A model generated the notes under the pieces. It made no database searches. It was not told where the DNA came from and saw only the letters and a list, made by a program, of their open reading frames with translations. The position numbers were made by a program, and so were the translations under genes. 64,000 bases of DNA. It comes from a virus. The stretch is taken from IMG/VR virus record IMGVR_UViG_2595698409_000001, one strand, 5' to 3'. Positions 9,001 through 16,852 of the stretch are shown piece by piece (position 1 is the first letter of the stretch; each line of letters opens with the position of its first letter).

Positions 9001-11405
9001 ATGGATATTCATTAGTCAGATTCTTCCAGTATCTCCGTGCTCCAGGAGGAGGTGGGACAGGATTCAGTGCAGACTTAAATGATGAAGCATATATGTGGGG
9101 TATGAAGTTAAATGAGGGTGGACTTGATACTTACAGTTCTGAATCCAGTCAAATCTTCTATTCAAATACAGAATATAATGTTAAGAAATTTGCTATTGAA
9201 ACTTTAGAAGATCTTACTGTTAGTGCTTTAAATGGTGTCCTTGCTTCACCGTCAGGTAATTCTGGATTCACTTCATTCTATGACTCTGATTATGCTTCTT
9301 CTTATCAAACTGATACTATTGCCAGATTTATAAGACAAAATCTTAATATTATTTTAAATCAACTTCTTAATGGCAATTACTATGCAACGGTTACCACAAA
9401 TAATGGAATCACTATTCCCACATATACCTATGGCACAAGAGATCTTCTAGTACCACTTTCTGGTGCGATTGAAGATAGTGATTACATTTATGGCAAAACT
9501 AGCGATTCTTACGCTGAAGTCTCAAATACTACTTTAAATGAAGCAAAAATTGTGAAGGTATTTAAGAGATTCCGTATTGAAGGTGATATTACAGATGGTC
9601 CATTTAATGTTAATGAGACTATTCAAAAGCAGGGAGATGCTACTGTAACTGGTATTGTTTATAGTATTCACTCGGATGCTAATTATGATTATCTTGATGT
9701 TGAAATAACTGGTCAACCATGGACTATTTTAGACACTATGGTTGGTGATGAAAATGGCACAACTGCACAAATTGGTAATATCCAAGATCGAATTCAAGTA
9801 ATCGATCTCCAAGGTGATTTTGCTGAGGATATTCAGTTTGAAGGATACACATCCAATTCTGTTGCTACGCCAGATGAATTTGTCAAAATTGAAGCTGCTG
9901 TATTAACCAATACGGATGGCAAATTAGTTGTTGATACTGATTCATTAACTGGATTGTTTGAAGTTAATAGTGTAATTTATCCATCGACATCGAGATTGTA
10001 TATTGATGTTATCAAATATGGAGGATCTTTTGAGGTCAATGTTGGTGATCGAATTACATCTCTTGGTCATATTGTCCTTGGTATTACAATTCAAAATAAT
10101 AGAAATATCTTTACTAAGGGTGGAATACTTTATAAGATTGTAAACGGTTTAAGAGACCCATCACAAAGAGCAATTATTACTGATGTTGATCTGGAAAATA
10201 ATTTCCTTTACGCAGTTGTGATTGAGGGCACATTTGGAAATGGTGTAACAGTCGCTCAATATACTGATATTAACCAACTTCCTATTGGTGAAGCATTAGT
10301 TTCAACTACTGTTGAAAATTCTGGGGCAGCTAGCGCAATCGTCCAGTCTATCCAAACGTTTGGTTTGAATCGTAGACTTTACCTAAGCGGAATTATCGGC
10401 ACCTTCTCTTCTAGAGATTCCATCAAATCCGTTAATGGTTATAGATCTGCAATTACAAATCTTGTAGAATTGAAAGGTAGAGTCAAGAGAGCATTTAGAG
10501 GATTTGATGGATCCCAGACTACATTTGATCTCACTATTAGTAATGGCATTCAATATTTACCTGATACTGAAGGTCATCTACTCACATTTATTAATGGCAT
10601 CTTACAACCTCCTGGAGAAGGATTCACAACATTTGCGGATAAGATTCAGTTTACCGAGCCGCCTTCGCAGGGATCTGCATTTACAGGTTACTACGTTGGT
10701 AAACTAAGAAAATTAGATGATATCTCTTTCGACTTCGATTCGCTAAGACAATCCTTCAACCTCAGAAGAAACGGAGTCTTCTACTCCTTGACCCTGACTG
10801 AAGGTGTCCAATCCACCAACATCAGACCAGAAAATAACATTATCGTCTCGCTCAATGGTGTTATTCAAGAACCTGGAGTTGGTTTTGAAATCGTTGGTTC
10901 TAGAATCATCTTCTCTGAAATTCCTCGCGTGGGATCGACCTTCGTCGCATTCTCTTACGTTGGATCTGAGGCAGACGTTGATGCTGCTGAAGTTGTCCCA
11001 CCAATCGAAGCAGGTGATTTCATTGACATCCAAGGCGAGACATCCGATCGTGAAGTTGCAGTTATCGAATCTTCCAACTCTCTGATTACCTTCGATTACC
11101 TTGGATCTATCTTTGGTAAGGATGCTCAGGGACAAGTGATACTAAATACTGGTTATATTTCCGACGTTAGAGTTACTTCTGCTGGATCTGGATATACTTC
11201 TAGACCTGTAATTAGAGTTGATTCTATTAGTGGATTTGATGGAAATATTAAACCCCTGGTCGGTGTTGGTGGCGTAATTATTTCTAATAGCGGATCTAAT
11301 TATGAGACTCCCGCGATCGAAGTTGAAACATCAGTACCTGATGATTGGGTAGCACCAGATCTATCTCAATACGGTGTTGAAGTTATCAATCCTGAGTTGG
11401 ATTGA
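3..11405 (+). CDS. Giant baseplate wedge/structural protein (cyanophage gp7-like), 5' end outside the window; contains LamG-like, FG-GAP propeller, reelin-like and CBM-like modules
   Basis: The frame of the 69..11405 ORF stays open back to nt 3 (GRLSQIIVKDPGSGYSSPPTVEL), so the TTG at 69 is not the true start. It has recurrent G-S-G-Y...P.V and FDG..T.F.L...NG..Q.P modules and lies upstream of gp8. Confidence 0.75.
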   Translation, partial: GRLSQIIVKDPGSGYSSPPTVELKSSFNYVVNLDLGLLQFAFPHGIINGAQVTLEAVDIGDGVEFPLAAGAIGRLNSQTTYYAISGAEQSLEADQLKLAITESNAELGDAIGYVNAGIGRQQVLTSSFGGAAVANVVTSTFLEGEQVYQGDSIQNATATGFVSENNGWQIGPRILKIVNYNNNFSVGEKVTGVISKSAGVISDLNIASGVLEIGPITKTTGQFIDDVGKPSEIIQKIQDSYYYQDFSYAVKSSVSINDWKNILIKNVHPASFKVFGELNITENAVIPNKEIDFQLTKSVELARNAIVPNIQNFALAEPIYQDFNNTEVLFRQKRLTSSENILTSVVQRLDDISNLFDGIRTQFPLTIDQNNIVADAKQLMIVLNGVVQTPETAFKVLSDSIVFSEPPSPPASIKYASVTIEQISIVQFEFSNQSGTPPDDNQIGAVIVGTQSGARAQLTKVLGTNNVGNLELEGFIAEGVFIANELCTINATGYAANLQSTSVPTQGSLFFYGEEIRNLDGDEAVIERVNLQTGQETPIAELRYAIGLSTTVFEVIPSTGIAAPVLDVFELNENYQIGSEIVTVTGITQNVDSTTLEVSREQNGTALSAQQAGVPIYGTQIEITNQLVISKTTGTYQSTPGLFDIQLNDVIIASQSGVVARVIGTSAYQDPSTQQFISQINISDGSSFFGLLFNRITSPEFPNIVIDDISQSQVNVVEYGDNISLFSSSFPANEFINNYSIIYDNAVGTFQDNEFIRNWKFDYGNSSDDFAANEEVNVRKLTFKDAVGDGFFTAGQILRSPNSKAEVIGYNQARSIIYLSKMARTQSTGEDYHNMTFVAGAEINTYNEKFGNACLALSKGTSAHTFVSATENGITAGGGATGTFTAATGTTYDAITGDMIIEIGTHTLTTSNTVTIVASGVTFTCASDNNTAEYSYPRATDPQFGQAIAISAVTSTTITVNVGAVPVDEYLTIPTSTEFGFGTGDFTLELWMKTNSIASGGKTLLDFRSATAEVAPYLYLDGANLKYYVNAAEVITGTTNFAVNNWYHIAISRSSGTTKLFLNGVQEGSDYADTNDYGSTKPIRIGAAWNATNVLPGYIDELRVSTNARYTADFGNPTGIFQGDANTVLLIHFDGAQGQTYTDDWSGEANWTRSDFFNNDAILATKRSTNGSNSQHSNNTQRYYDAASLIENNRDFIGAETQALIQVSLPYTLDTSAVTNTITASDYLSMGSNTYFGKSVGITQDKIVVGSYEADIQGVGNNRGAVYTYNLDGTGEVKIATPTGGGGDDFGWDVDAFYSTADSTSKLVVGAPFYEPSSSYSNSGIAYIYNADGTNQVILNADVITSNNRFGYSCAAGGGKVAVGAYGDDTYRGSVFIFDEDGTNRIKVTASDSATYDYFGFSIAIANNKLIVGAYGHEDTGSGRGCVYVYDLDGTNEVKIQASDAENGDAFGFSVAGDGDKILVGAYSEDTGASGAGSAYLYNYDGTGEIKFQSNDVQSGDQFGHGTLLVDGEFIIVGNVSYDGISSNGGALEKFIYDSDAGTVTYDSTLPLPSHTSSFHGEFRGGNIAYDTTARKMVYGNRYQTVTGLTRSGQVFVFDYNQSSTASGFDTPIKETLTALVDDLRGGSNSHIWDNAATYVNRSSLPITSLLKFIGQEASLISGYTSLKTIIQNVINNYPLTVTGSHGIIQFTDVSITDSSYPTLTKLTPTNVDYNATTGDMVITVVGHTLTTADVISIAEESLKFTCSSDGNVRVLSHPRVSDTRAFNAALRITATTTDTFTINVGASPADQQYTHQFSSADADAITVLDYTTGDCADVTTTNDNLIDIVIDTLNEGSGTTTNTADGDHLATVTKLSPAYEFLGGTVDGFYEIPLTVSNSLPNDQVFYTNRIGKESRNRYIDAANLIRLNSSVIVDKASFDLLARYPDLANDMPRNDPNNTDDPNAGTRRCQTDLALLLASLADDIENGGSKNTVTVSNFYLGVNDALNHIRLQVWQSLFAHDRLGFYMKQAINGNLVSDVGTDDIIVGDWGITDDAIVNFTPTAATYDAATGVMVITIGSHSLALGRRITIADNSLTFTCTSDGNVSNETYPRTTDPASGVSLEVTASTATTITVNVGASPAGQQYAHTFVSAAANAVSTAGECANVETAIDTLIDTLNDAIAPVSANNNYRIAADRLYFNRLFIQEEVLGSIIDEFTYSVGGTTYNSYDFSGDNNQEQLKDDINLFILSAISDLQTGGSNSSIDAISTFLDSRLEVTRIEDILTVFISILKEVKTLGIKALRNQLYSLNEGTQTSPNYQGQFTSQSTYRDSESISATDLNDFSFRFRDLIEIVIKTIAPSDIIGMGDAAKQILFNEHYYESEISSIVNTQFGSNTWQYTDFLNGILKDVLHDAIITNTTSSNSQTARRISLLREGVVSEIVFTAGTGYRSAPTITLDPPGTGITATAEVVLDTSGSLSSLSITTPGSGYTFSPDLVFTGSTFDVGDSHGGSSTLTNGAVTAVTYDGIVYDFNNSVTSALTLGSAVSMTAGTSGMLTGRQLLLFGTGSGSRFASIQTPFDTTYAETIRVYVIAGGSSNGGNAPEINEDLKLYYSTTGSNWVLIDTLVEGGSTGTSKEYTNFNTLNYVDITLPTLARAQTIYFRFQQDQYTDGSFDQYGVTRIGLIDGAQQFSIDTTIAVNNASLESGTPSTAEVELVTGIGIAAINITNPGSGYDPANPPTATLTGGGTTNPGTITDLSVSLDNSRFIVNAEITNGSGTTGNVLEDSGNNLYIGSITGSGFADGDTLTQGLVTAEIPSNGVGPEINYYNDIANVETINTARNISSLVEGEIISANLLTNPEFATTSTWRRSRSNLINAAALAPDATQTAIAWRSNTTSSTSHYVYRDYYLTAYETLDNGSIKFDTSNTTFDEGAPSDGSKRQFTYSFFAKSVDYDELYVRIQAYNSSTSQRINFSRVNIETGVVSGISSQGQAFDIEEYGSVPYGNGWFRFYFTFSVSYGYSLVRFFQYLRAPGGGGTGFSADLNDEAYMWGMKLNEGGLDTYSSESSQIFYSNTEYNVKKFAIETLEDLTVSALNGVLASPSGNSGFTSFYDSDYASSYQTDTIARFIRQNLNIILNQLLNGNYYATVTTNNGITIPTYTYGTRDLLVPLSGAIEDSDYIYGKTSDSYAEVSNTTLNEAKIVKVFKRFRIEGDITDGPFNVNETIQKQGDATVTGIVYSIHSDANYDYLDVEITGQPWTILDTMVGDENGTTAQIGNIQDRIQVIDLQGDFAEDIQFEGYTSNSVATPDEFVKIEAAVLTNTDGKLVVDTDSLTGLFEVNSVIYPSTSRLYIDVIKYGGSFEVNVGDRITSLGHIVLGITIQNNRNIFTKGGILYKIVNGLRDPSQRAIITDVDLENNFLYAVVIEGTFGNGVTVAQYTDINQLPIGEALVSTTVENSGAASAIVQSIQTFGLNRRLYLSGIIGTFSSRDSIKSVNGYRSAITNLVELKGRVKRAFRGFDGSQTTFDLTISNGIQYLPDTEGHLLTFINGILQPPGEGFTTFADKIQFTEPPSQGSAFTGYYVGKLRKLDDISFDFDSLRQSFNLRRNGVFYSLTLTEGVQSTNIRPENNIIVSLNGVIQEPGVGFEIVGSRIIFSEIPRVGSTFVAFSYVGSEADVDAAEVVPPIEAGDFIDIQGETSDREVAVIESSNSLITFDYLGSIFGKDAQGQVILNTGYISDVRVTSAGSGYTSRPVIRVDSISGFDGNIKPLVGVGGVIISNSGSNYETPAIEVETSVPDDWVAPDLSQYGVEVINPELD

Positions 11406-11412
11406 TAACCAC

Positions 11413-11419
11413 ATAAATA
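11413..11419 (+). promoter_or_regulatory. T4-type late promoter (ATAAATA)
   Basis: cATAAATAa in the intergenic gap, about 20 nt upstream of the 11440 start. Confidence 0.7.
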
Positions 11420-11439
11420 ACTAAAAAGTTGCAGTAAAA

Positions 11440-12669
11440 ATGTCTAAACAGACCCTGAATGTAGGCACACTTGCCAATGATAATAGTGGAGACACTATTC
11501 GCAACGGCGGCATTAAAATCAACTCGAATTTTGACGAGCTGTATGCCGCTGTTGGTAACGGTGTTATTGCACAGATCGATGTGGCAAATGCCGCGAGTGG
11601 TGAATTTTTACGTTACAATGGCACGCAATTTGTGCCTACCGAGATTACTGAATTGACAAGTAATCTTAATACAAACGGACAAAGTATTGTTTCTTCTTCG
11701 GGTGTAAACATTCCCATCACACCAGGATCTGGTGCCAATGTTACTATTGGATACAATACAAATACTGCAACTTTTGATTCTGCAAATAATTTAGTTGATT
11801 TCCCAACTAAAATTAAATATGTAAATCAATATACAACTCTTGCCGCTGGACCTGCAGCTGGAGATAATTTGGGATATTACTACACCGTCAATGGTGATGA
11901 TAATCCTTATGTAAACATTAATATCACTGCAGGTGGTGCTGGAAACGTAAAAGCAAAACTCGTAACAGAATATTCTAGTATTGATATTCTGTCGGATGTT
12001 GATACTACTACAGTAGCACCTACTGAAGGACAAGTGCTTAAGTGGGATAATACTGCTGGTAAATGGGAACCTGCCGATGATCAAGCAGGTATTTCATCTT
12101 TAAATATATTTTCTACATTTGATTCTGACAGTGGGTCTACTACCGCAGATGCTCAAGCAGATACATTAGTTATTGCTGGTGGCACAGATATTGGCACAGC
12201 TGTTGTGGGCGATACCCTAACAATTAATTATACTGGCACGCCAATTACATCTATGGCGGCACTAACTGACACAGATTTCACTGGTGGTATTATCCAAGGT
12301 GATTCTTTGTATTGGAATGGCACTGATTGGGTCAAAACTCGTAGTCCTATTGTTTGGTGGGAATTGAATGCCAACGGAGCTTCAGATTATACATTTGCTG
12401 GTCCAGGATTCCCAACTACTCAAAATGATCCAACTCTTTATGTGTATCGTGGATTCACATATGCATTTGATAATTCGGTGCAGGGTGGGGGACATCCGTT
12501 TAGATTGCAATCTACTCAGGGTTTAACTGGCACACCATATACTGATGGGCAATCTGGAAGTGGATCTAACGTCCTATATTGGACAGTCCCATTAAATGCA
12601 CCCAATACTCTTTATTACCAATGCACAATTCATGCATTGATGAATGGTACTATCAACGTCGTCAGCTAA
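11440..12669 (+). CDS. Virion structural protein; gp9/gp10-like N-terminus and C-terminal cupredoxin-like domain
   Basis: N-terminus MSKQTLNVGTLANDNSGDTIRNGGIKINSNFDELY resembles the T4 gp9/gp10 N-terminal motif; C-terminus has HPF...YYQCTIHALMNG. Confidence 0.65.
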   Translation: MSKQTLNVGTLANDNSGDTIRNGGIKINSNFDELYAAVGNGVIAQIDVANAASGEFLRYNGTQFVPTEITELTSNLNTNGQSIVSSSGVNIPITPGSGANVTIGYNTNTATFDSANNLVDFPTKIKYVNQYTTLAAGPAAGDNLGYYYTVNGDDNPYVNINITAGGAGNVKAKLVTEYSSIDILSDVDTTTVAPTEGQVLKWDNTAGKWEPADDQAGISSLNIFSTFDSDSGSTTADAQADTLVIAGGTDIGTAVVGDTLTINYTGTPITSMAALTDTDFTGGIIQGDSLYWNGTDWVKTRSPIVWWELNANGASDYTFAGPGFPTTQNDPTLYVYRGFTYAFDNSVQGGGHPFRLQSTQGLTGTPYTDGQSGSGSNVLYWTVPLNAPNTLYYQCTIHALMNGTINVVS

Positions 12670-12673
12670 TTAA

Positions 12674-15600
12674 ATGGCAAGAGAAATTCCTGGATCTGGT
12701 GCAGTAATCGAGCCAGTATTTAATGAAGTATATGGCATCAAAGCAGTAACTGTTATTAATGGTGGTGATGGATATACTTCTTCCGATCCACCAAGATTAA
12801 CTATTACTGGATGTGGCACTCCTGTAGAGGCAGCAGTTCTCTATCCTATTATTGATGATGATGCGGGTAGAATTATACATGTTAGAGTTTTAGAATCTGG
12901 ATCAGGATATGATCCTATACGAGTTTCTATTTTACCTTCACAGGATACTCCTGATGTTGTAAATTCTTTCAATCCAAATAGAATTTGGCAAAGCACTCCA
13001 AATTCTCAGACAGTAAGTAATTTTCAAATTGTAGAAAATGAAGTTGTTGATAGACTTCGTATAGAAAGTGATAATAATCCAAAACCAGCGTTGCTTGCTG
13101 GTATTAGAGAATTTGGAAATACTCTCTTAACAGATAATACTTATGACCACACGATCATTTATCGTGCAGGTAAAGATGTACCAGATTCTGGTACTAGGGC
13201 ATTTCAGAGTAATAAAACTCTAGGAATTTTTGCAAATGGCACTCTTCTACACACTCCCGACTGGGGTGGTGTTGGGGGAGCACCAGTAAACTTTAATATT
13301 GATACAGTAAAACACAAGCATATCAAATCACATAATGAATTTGATGGTGTTATAGATAATTCAAACTATTTTTATCATACTAATAAGTTAATCGGTCAGT
13401 TTGCTCAAAAAAATAGTGTTTTTGAAAATGGATTTATACGTCCATATACTTGGACAATAAAAGTTGAGTATGGTAACGTTGCTATTGATGTAACATCAAT
13501 TGACGAATCTATTGCTCCTTTTGAAGTTGGTAGACAAATTGATGTTATCACTAATGAGACTTATGCAAAAGTTGCTAAGATTGTCAGAGATGGTAGCAAT
13601 AATATTACAAGATTATATCTGAGAGAAGTCAATGGCACATTTGCAAATGGCGATCTTCTCTTAGGCAATACTGGATTTAAGTGTACTATCAGTGATGATC
13701 CAGTTACTCTTAATATATACTACATTGAATTTGGACCAAACGCTCAGGAATTTGGACCATTTACACCAGGAGAGTATTATCCAATACCTGACAATATTAC
13801 AGTCAAGAGAAATTCTCTGATTATTTGGAATCAGTCTGATTCTAGTAATGCTGAGGGTATAGGACATCCTATACAGTTTAGTACTACTGCAGATGGTGCA
13901 TTGAATACTGGCACATTGTATTATGATAGCACTGGAGCAAGTGGTGCTCCTTCTGTAGATTATGAAAATGAATATCAAACTCTATTCTTAATGAATGAGG
14001 ATGAGACTAATAGAATATATTATTATTGCAAAAATCACAGATACATGTCTGGATATGAGGGTGATGAAGGATATATGATCCTCGATCCTGCAAATGACAG
14101 TGACCCACTACCAAATAATTATTATATTGGATCTAATTTCTTATCGAATGGTCTACCAGACTATTCCAGACATGCTGATGGACACTCTAAAATTATTGGT
14201 GTTGCATATGATGGTTATCCAATTTATGGTCCTTTTGGATATACTTCGGGAAGAACTGCTGGTTTAATGACATCATCTTACCGCTTGAAAGTTGGTAATG
14301 AAGTCACTGCTGGTAGACCACAACAAAACACTGAAGGTCAAGTAACTTATACAGTTACTGTGTCTAATAATAAGTTTCTTTTTAATGGGCAAGAGTTAGA
14401 CCTTTTAAATTTAGAAAGAGGTAAGGAATATATTTTCAATCAAGACGATTCTTCAAATGATGGTGAGCATTTATTCTTCTCTACAACGGAAGATGGTTGG
14501 CACGTAGGATCTCCTCCTGTTATTGGAGATTTAGATTATCTCTTCTCTGCAGGAATGAGATATTTTATAGATGGTAGTGAAGTTACATATGCTGTCTACC
14601 TTAGTGCTTTTACTGGTGCTACAACCAGAGAGTTGAGATATAGTGTATTAGTTGATGCTCCCAGACTATTATATGCTTTTGCATATTCAACATCTGGTCT
14701 TGGATTGAGATCTGTCCAAGATGGATATATCATGGGTGATTTTGTGCAAGATTATATCTATGAAGAAGGTCTTGGAAACTTAGATGCACATAATGGCAAA
14801 TTTGCTGTAACGCCAGAATATCCAAACGGCACTTATGCATATTTTATGGCGGAGGATAATCAGCAAAATCCAGTTTATCCATATGTAGTTGGTCCGACTT
14901 TCTATGGGTCTCCATTATTTGTAGATGATGAAGTCCCAGAAGTTACCCAAGATTTCCCTAGTGGCGCTCTTGCAGAACCTGTTTTAAACGATAGTGGTGC
15001 AGTTGAATATGTGAAAATGATTCGTAGTGGTGATGGGTATTTTGGTCCAGCAAATGTAAGAATTCTTGGAGGATCTGGATCAGGTGCAACCGCAAGTCCT
15101 GTAGTACAATCTGTGACAGGACTCACTCTTTTAAATGAAGGCACTCAATATGCAACATCACCAAGTCTAATCTTTGAAGGTGGTGGTGGACAGGGTGCTA
15201 GAGGTGCTGCAGAAGTTAGCACAACAGGCAAAATTACTAGAATTGATGTTATTGATTCTGGAGAATTCTATCAAGAAGCACCATACATTTTAATTAATGG
15301 CGGTGGTGGTGGCGGTGCTAAAGCAGTTGCCAGAATAGATCAAGGATCAATTGTCGGTATTGATGTAGTTGATCCTGGATCTAAATTCACTTCGGTGCCT
15401 AGTGTCCTTTTCACAAAACTTGTAAATCTAAGGAGAAAAGTTAGTGCAAGGCAGTCTTTAAATTCTAGCAATCTTTATATTTCAGGACTTCTTAAAAAAG
15501 CAGAAGCATCTGATACTACAATTTACGTTAGTAATACAAGTGCTTTCCCTGGATCTGGTGATGCACTCCTTCAGAATGAGACTATTTCGTATACAGGAAA

Positions 15601-16810
15601 AACTACCAATTCATTTACAGGTGTAACTAGGGGAGTTACATTTAAATATGATCAAAGAGTTGTGCTTGACACAAATCTAGATAATGATGCTGGCACCTCT
15701 CAATATAAATTTAATGTTGGGGATAGAGTTATTCGTAGAGTAGAAAGCTCTACGAATAAAGTTGCTAAGGTATATGATTGGAATCCAAATCTCAAGGAAT
15801 TATTAGTAACATTTGAGGTTGATGAATTAGCATTTATTGACGGTGGTATTCCAACTACCGAAGATGCAATTGTGCAATTTGATGCTGGAATTCCTACTAG
15901 CAGTGCTTCTGGAGCAAATCCCCACACTTTGGTTGCCTCAGATGGTAATACAATTACTTTGTTGACTGTACCAATTTCCACACTTACAGGATTAGACTTT
16001 GAAGATGATGACGAATTGGAAGGTGTTGGAAATGGGATTCCTGATCTAGTAAATACTGGTAGTCAATACGAAAATCAAATTAATTTGGATGGTGGTATTG
16101 CAGTATCTCTGTATGGTATTGAAGAGACAGTCGGTGGACAGAATACAACTCTCTTCCAAGTTGGAGACAGTATTAAGGATGCAACATTGCCATTTAATTA
16201 TGCAACTGTAGTCACTGCAGGTCAATTGAGTGAGGGTATTCCTCATGATGCATTGATCAATATGACTCTGGGTACAGGTAATGGACAAAACTTTAGCACG
16301 GGTGAAATTATTACTGGATCTGAATCTGGAATTCAGGCAACTGTAGTTGCTTGGAATCCTACAGATAAAATCTTGCAGGTTAATAATGTGGTGCCATATA
16401 ACACTGGAGATGCAAATATCGGTGAAGGTGGATTGTTATATAAATTCTCTACAAACAGCACAATTGTAGACTTTATTGTCGCAGATCAAGGTATTAACTA
16501 TTCATCTGTGCCATCGATTTCCGTTGAAAATATTGGTGATATTGGTGTAGTTGCAACACCAGTTATGACAGTTGCAGGAGACCAAATCGAATCAGTAACA
16601 ATAACTACTGGTGGATATGGTTATGTGCAAACAGTTGAAGCTAATGTATTACATCCAACAACAACAGTTACTAATGCTGTTGGAGACACAACTGGAGAGG
16701 ATGCTGTATTGCAAGCAGTTTTGGGTGCTGAAAAAATTACAGGACAAAATGGAGCATCATTTACAATTTCAAGAATTGACTATAATACCCAAGTCAGATC
16801 TTCTTCTTGA
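12674..16810 (+). CDS. Virion structural protein with YHYH-family domain and cupredoxin-like modules
   Basis: GHSKIIGVAYDGYPIYGPFG and LDAHNG...TPEYPNGTYAYF are YHYH-domain motifs; HPIQF...YYYCKNHRYM; glycine-rich GGGG.GA.A repeats. Confidence 0.65.
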   Translation: MAREIPGSGAVIEPVFNEVYGIKAVTVINGGDGYTSSDPPRLTITGCGTPVEAAVLYPIIDDDAGRIIHVRVLESGSGYDPIRVSILPSQDTPDVVNSFNPNRIWQSTPNSQTVSNFQIVENEVVDRLRIESDNNPKPALLAGIREFGNTLLTDNTYDHTIIYRAGKDVPDSGTRAFQSNKTLGIFANGTLLHTPDWGGVGGAPVNFNIDTVKHKHIKSHNEFDGVIDNSNYFYHTNKLIGQFAQKNSVFENGFIRPYTWTIKVEYGNVAIDVTSIDESIAPFEVGRQIDVITNETYAKVAKIVRDGSNNITRLYLREVNGTFANGDLLLGNTGFKCTISDDPVTLNIYYIEFGPNAQEFGPFTPGEYYPIPDNITVKRNSLIIWNQSDSSNAEGIGHPIQFSTTADGALNTGTLYYDSTGASGAPSVDYENEYQTLFLMNEDETNRIYYYCKNHRYMSGYEGDEGYMILDPANDSDPLPNNYYIGSNFLSNGLPDYSRHADGHSKIIGVAYDGYPIYGPFGYTSGRTAGLMTSSYRLKVGNEVTAGRPQQNTEGQVTYTVTVSNNKFLFNGQELDLLNLERGKEYIFNQDDSSNDGEHLFFSTTEDGWHVGSPPVIGDLDYLFSAGMRYFIDGSEVTYAVYLSAFTGATTRELRYSVLVDAPRLLYAFAYSTSGLGLRSVQDGYIMGDFVQDYIYEEGLGNLDAHNGKFAVTPEYPNGTYAYFMAEDNQQNPVYPYVVGPTFYGSPLFVDDEVPEVTQDFPSGALAEPVLNDSGAVEYVKMIRSGDGYFGPANVRILGGSGSGATASPVVQSVTGLTLLNEGTQYATSPSLIFEGGGGQGARGAAEVSTTGKITRIDVIDSGEFYQEAPYILINGGGGGGAKAVARIDQGSIVGIDVVDPGSKFTSVPSVLFTKLVNLRRKVSARQSLNSSNLYISGLLKKAEASDTTIYVSNTSAFPGSGDALLQNETISYTGKTTNSFTGVTRGVTFKYDQRVVLDTNLDNDAGTSQYKFNVGDRVIRRVESSTNKVAKVYDWNPNLKELLVTFEVDELAFIDGGIPTTEDAIVQFDAGIPTSSASGANPHTLVASDGNTITLLTVPISTLTGLDFEDDDELEGVGNGIPDLVNTGSQYENQINLDGGIAVSLYGIEETVGGQNTTLFQVGDSIKDATLPFNYATVVTAGQLSEGIPHDALINMTLGTGNGQNFSTGEIITGSESGIQATVVAWNPTDKILQVNNVVPYNTGDANIGEGGLLYKFSTNSTIVDFIVADQGINYSSVPSISVENIGDIGVVATPVMTVAGDQIESVTITTGGYGYVQTVEANVLHPTTTVTNAVGDTTGEDAVLQAVLGAEKITGQNGASFTISRIDYNTQVRSSS

Positions 16811-16818
16811 TAAGAACC

Positions 16819-16825
16819 ATAAATA
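16819..16825 (+). promoter_or_regulatory. Late promoter (ATAAATA)
   Basis: cATAAATAa in the gap upstream of gp8. Confidence 0.7.
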
Positions 16826-16852
16826 AACAAGAGGACAATAATCCCTTAGGAA

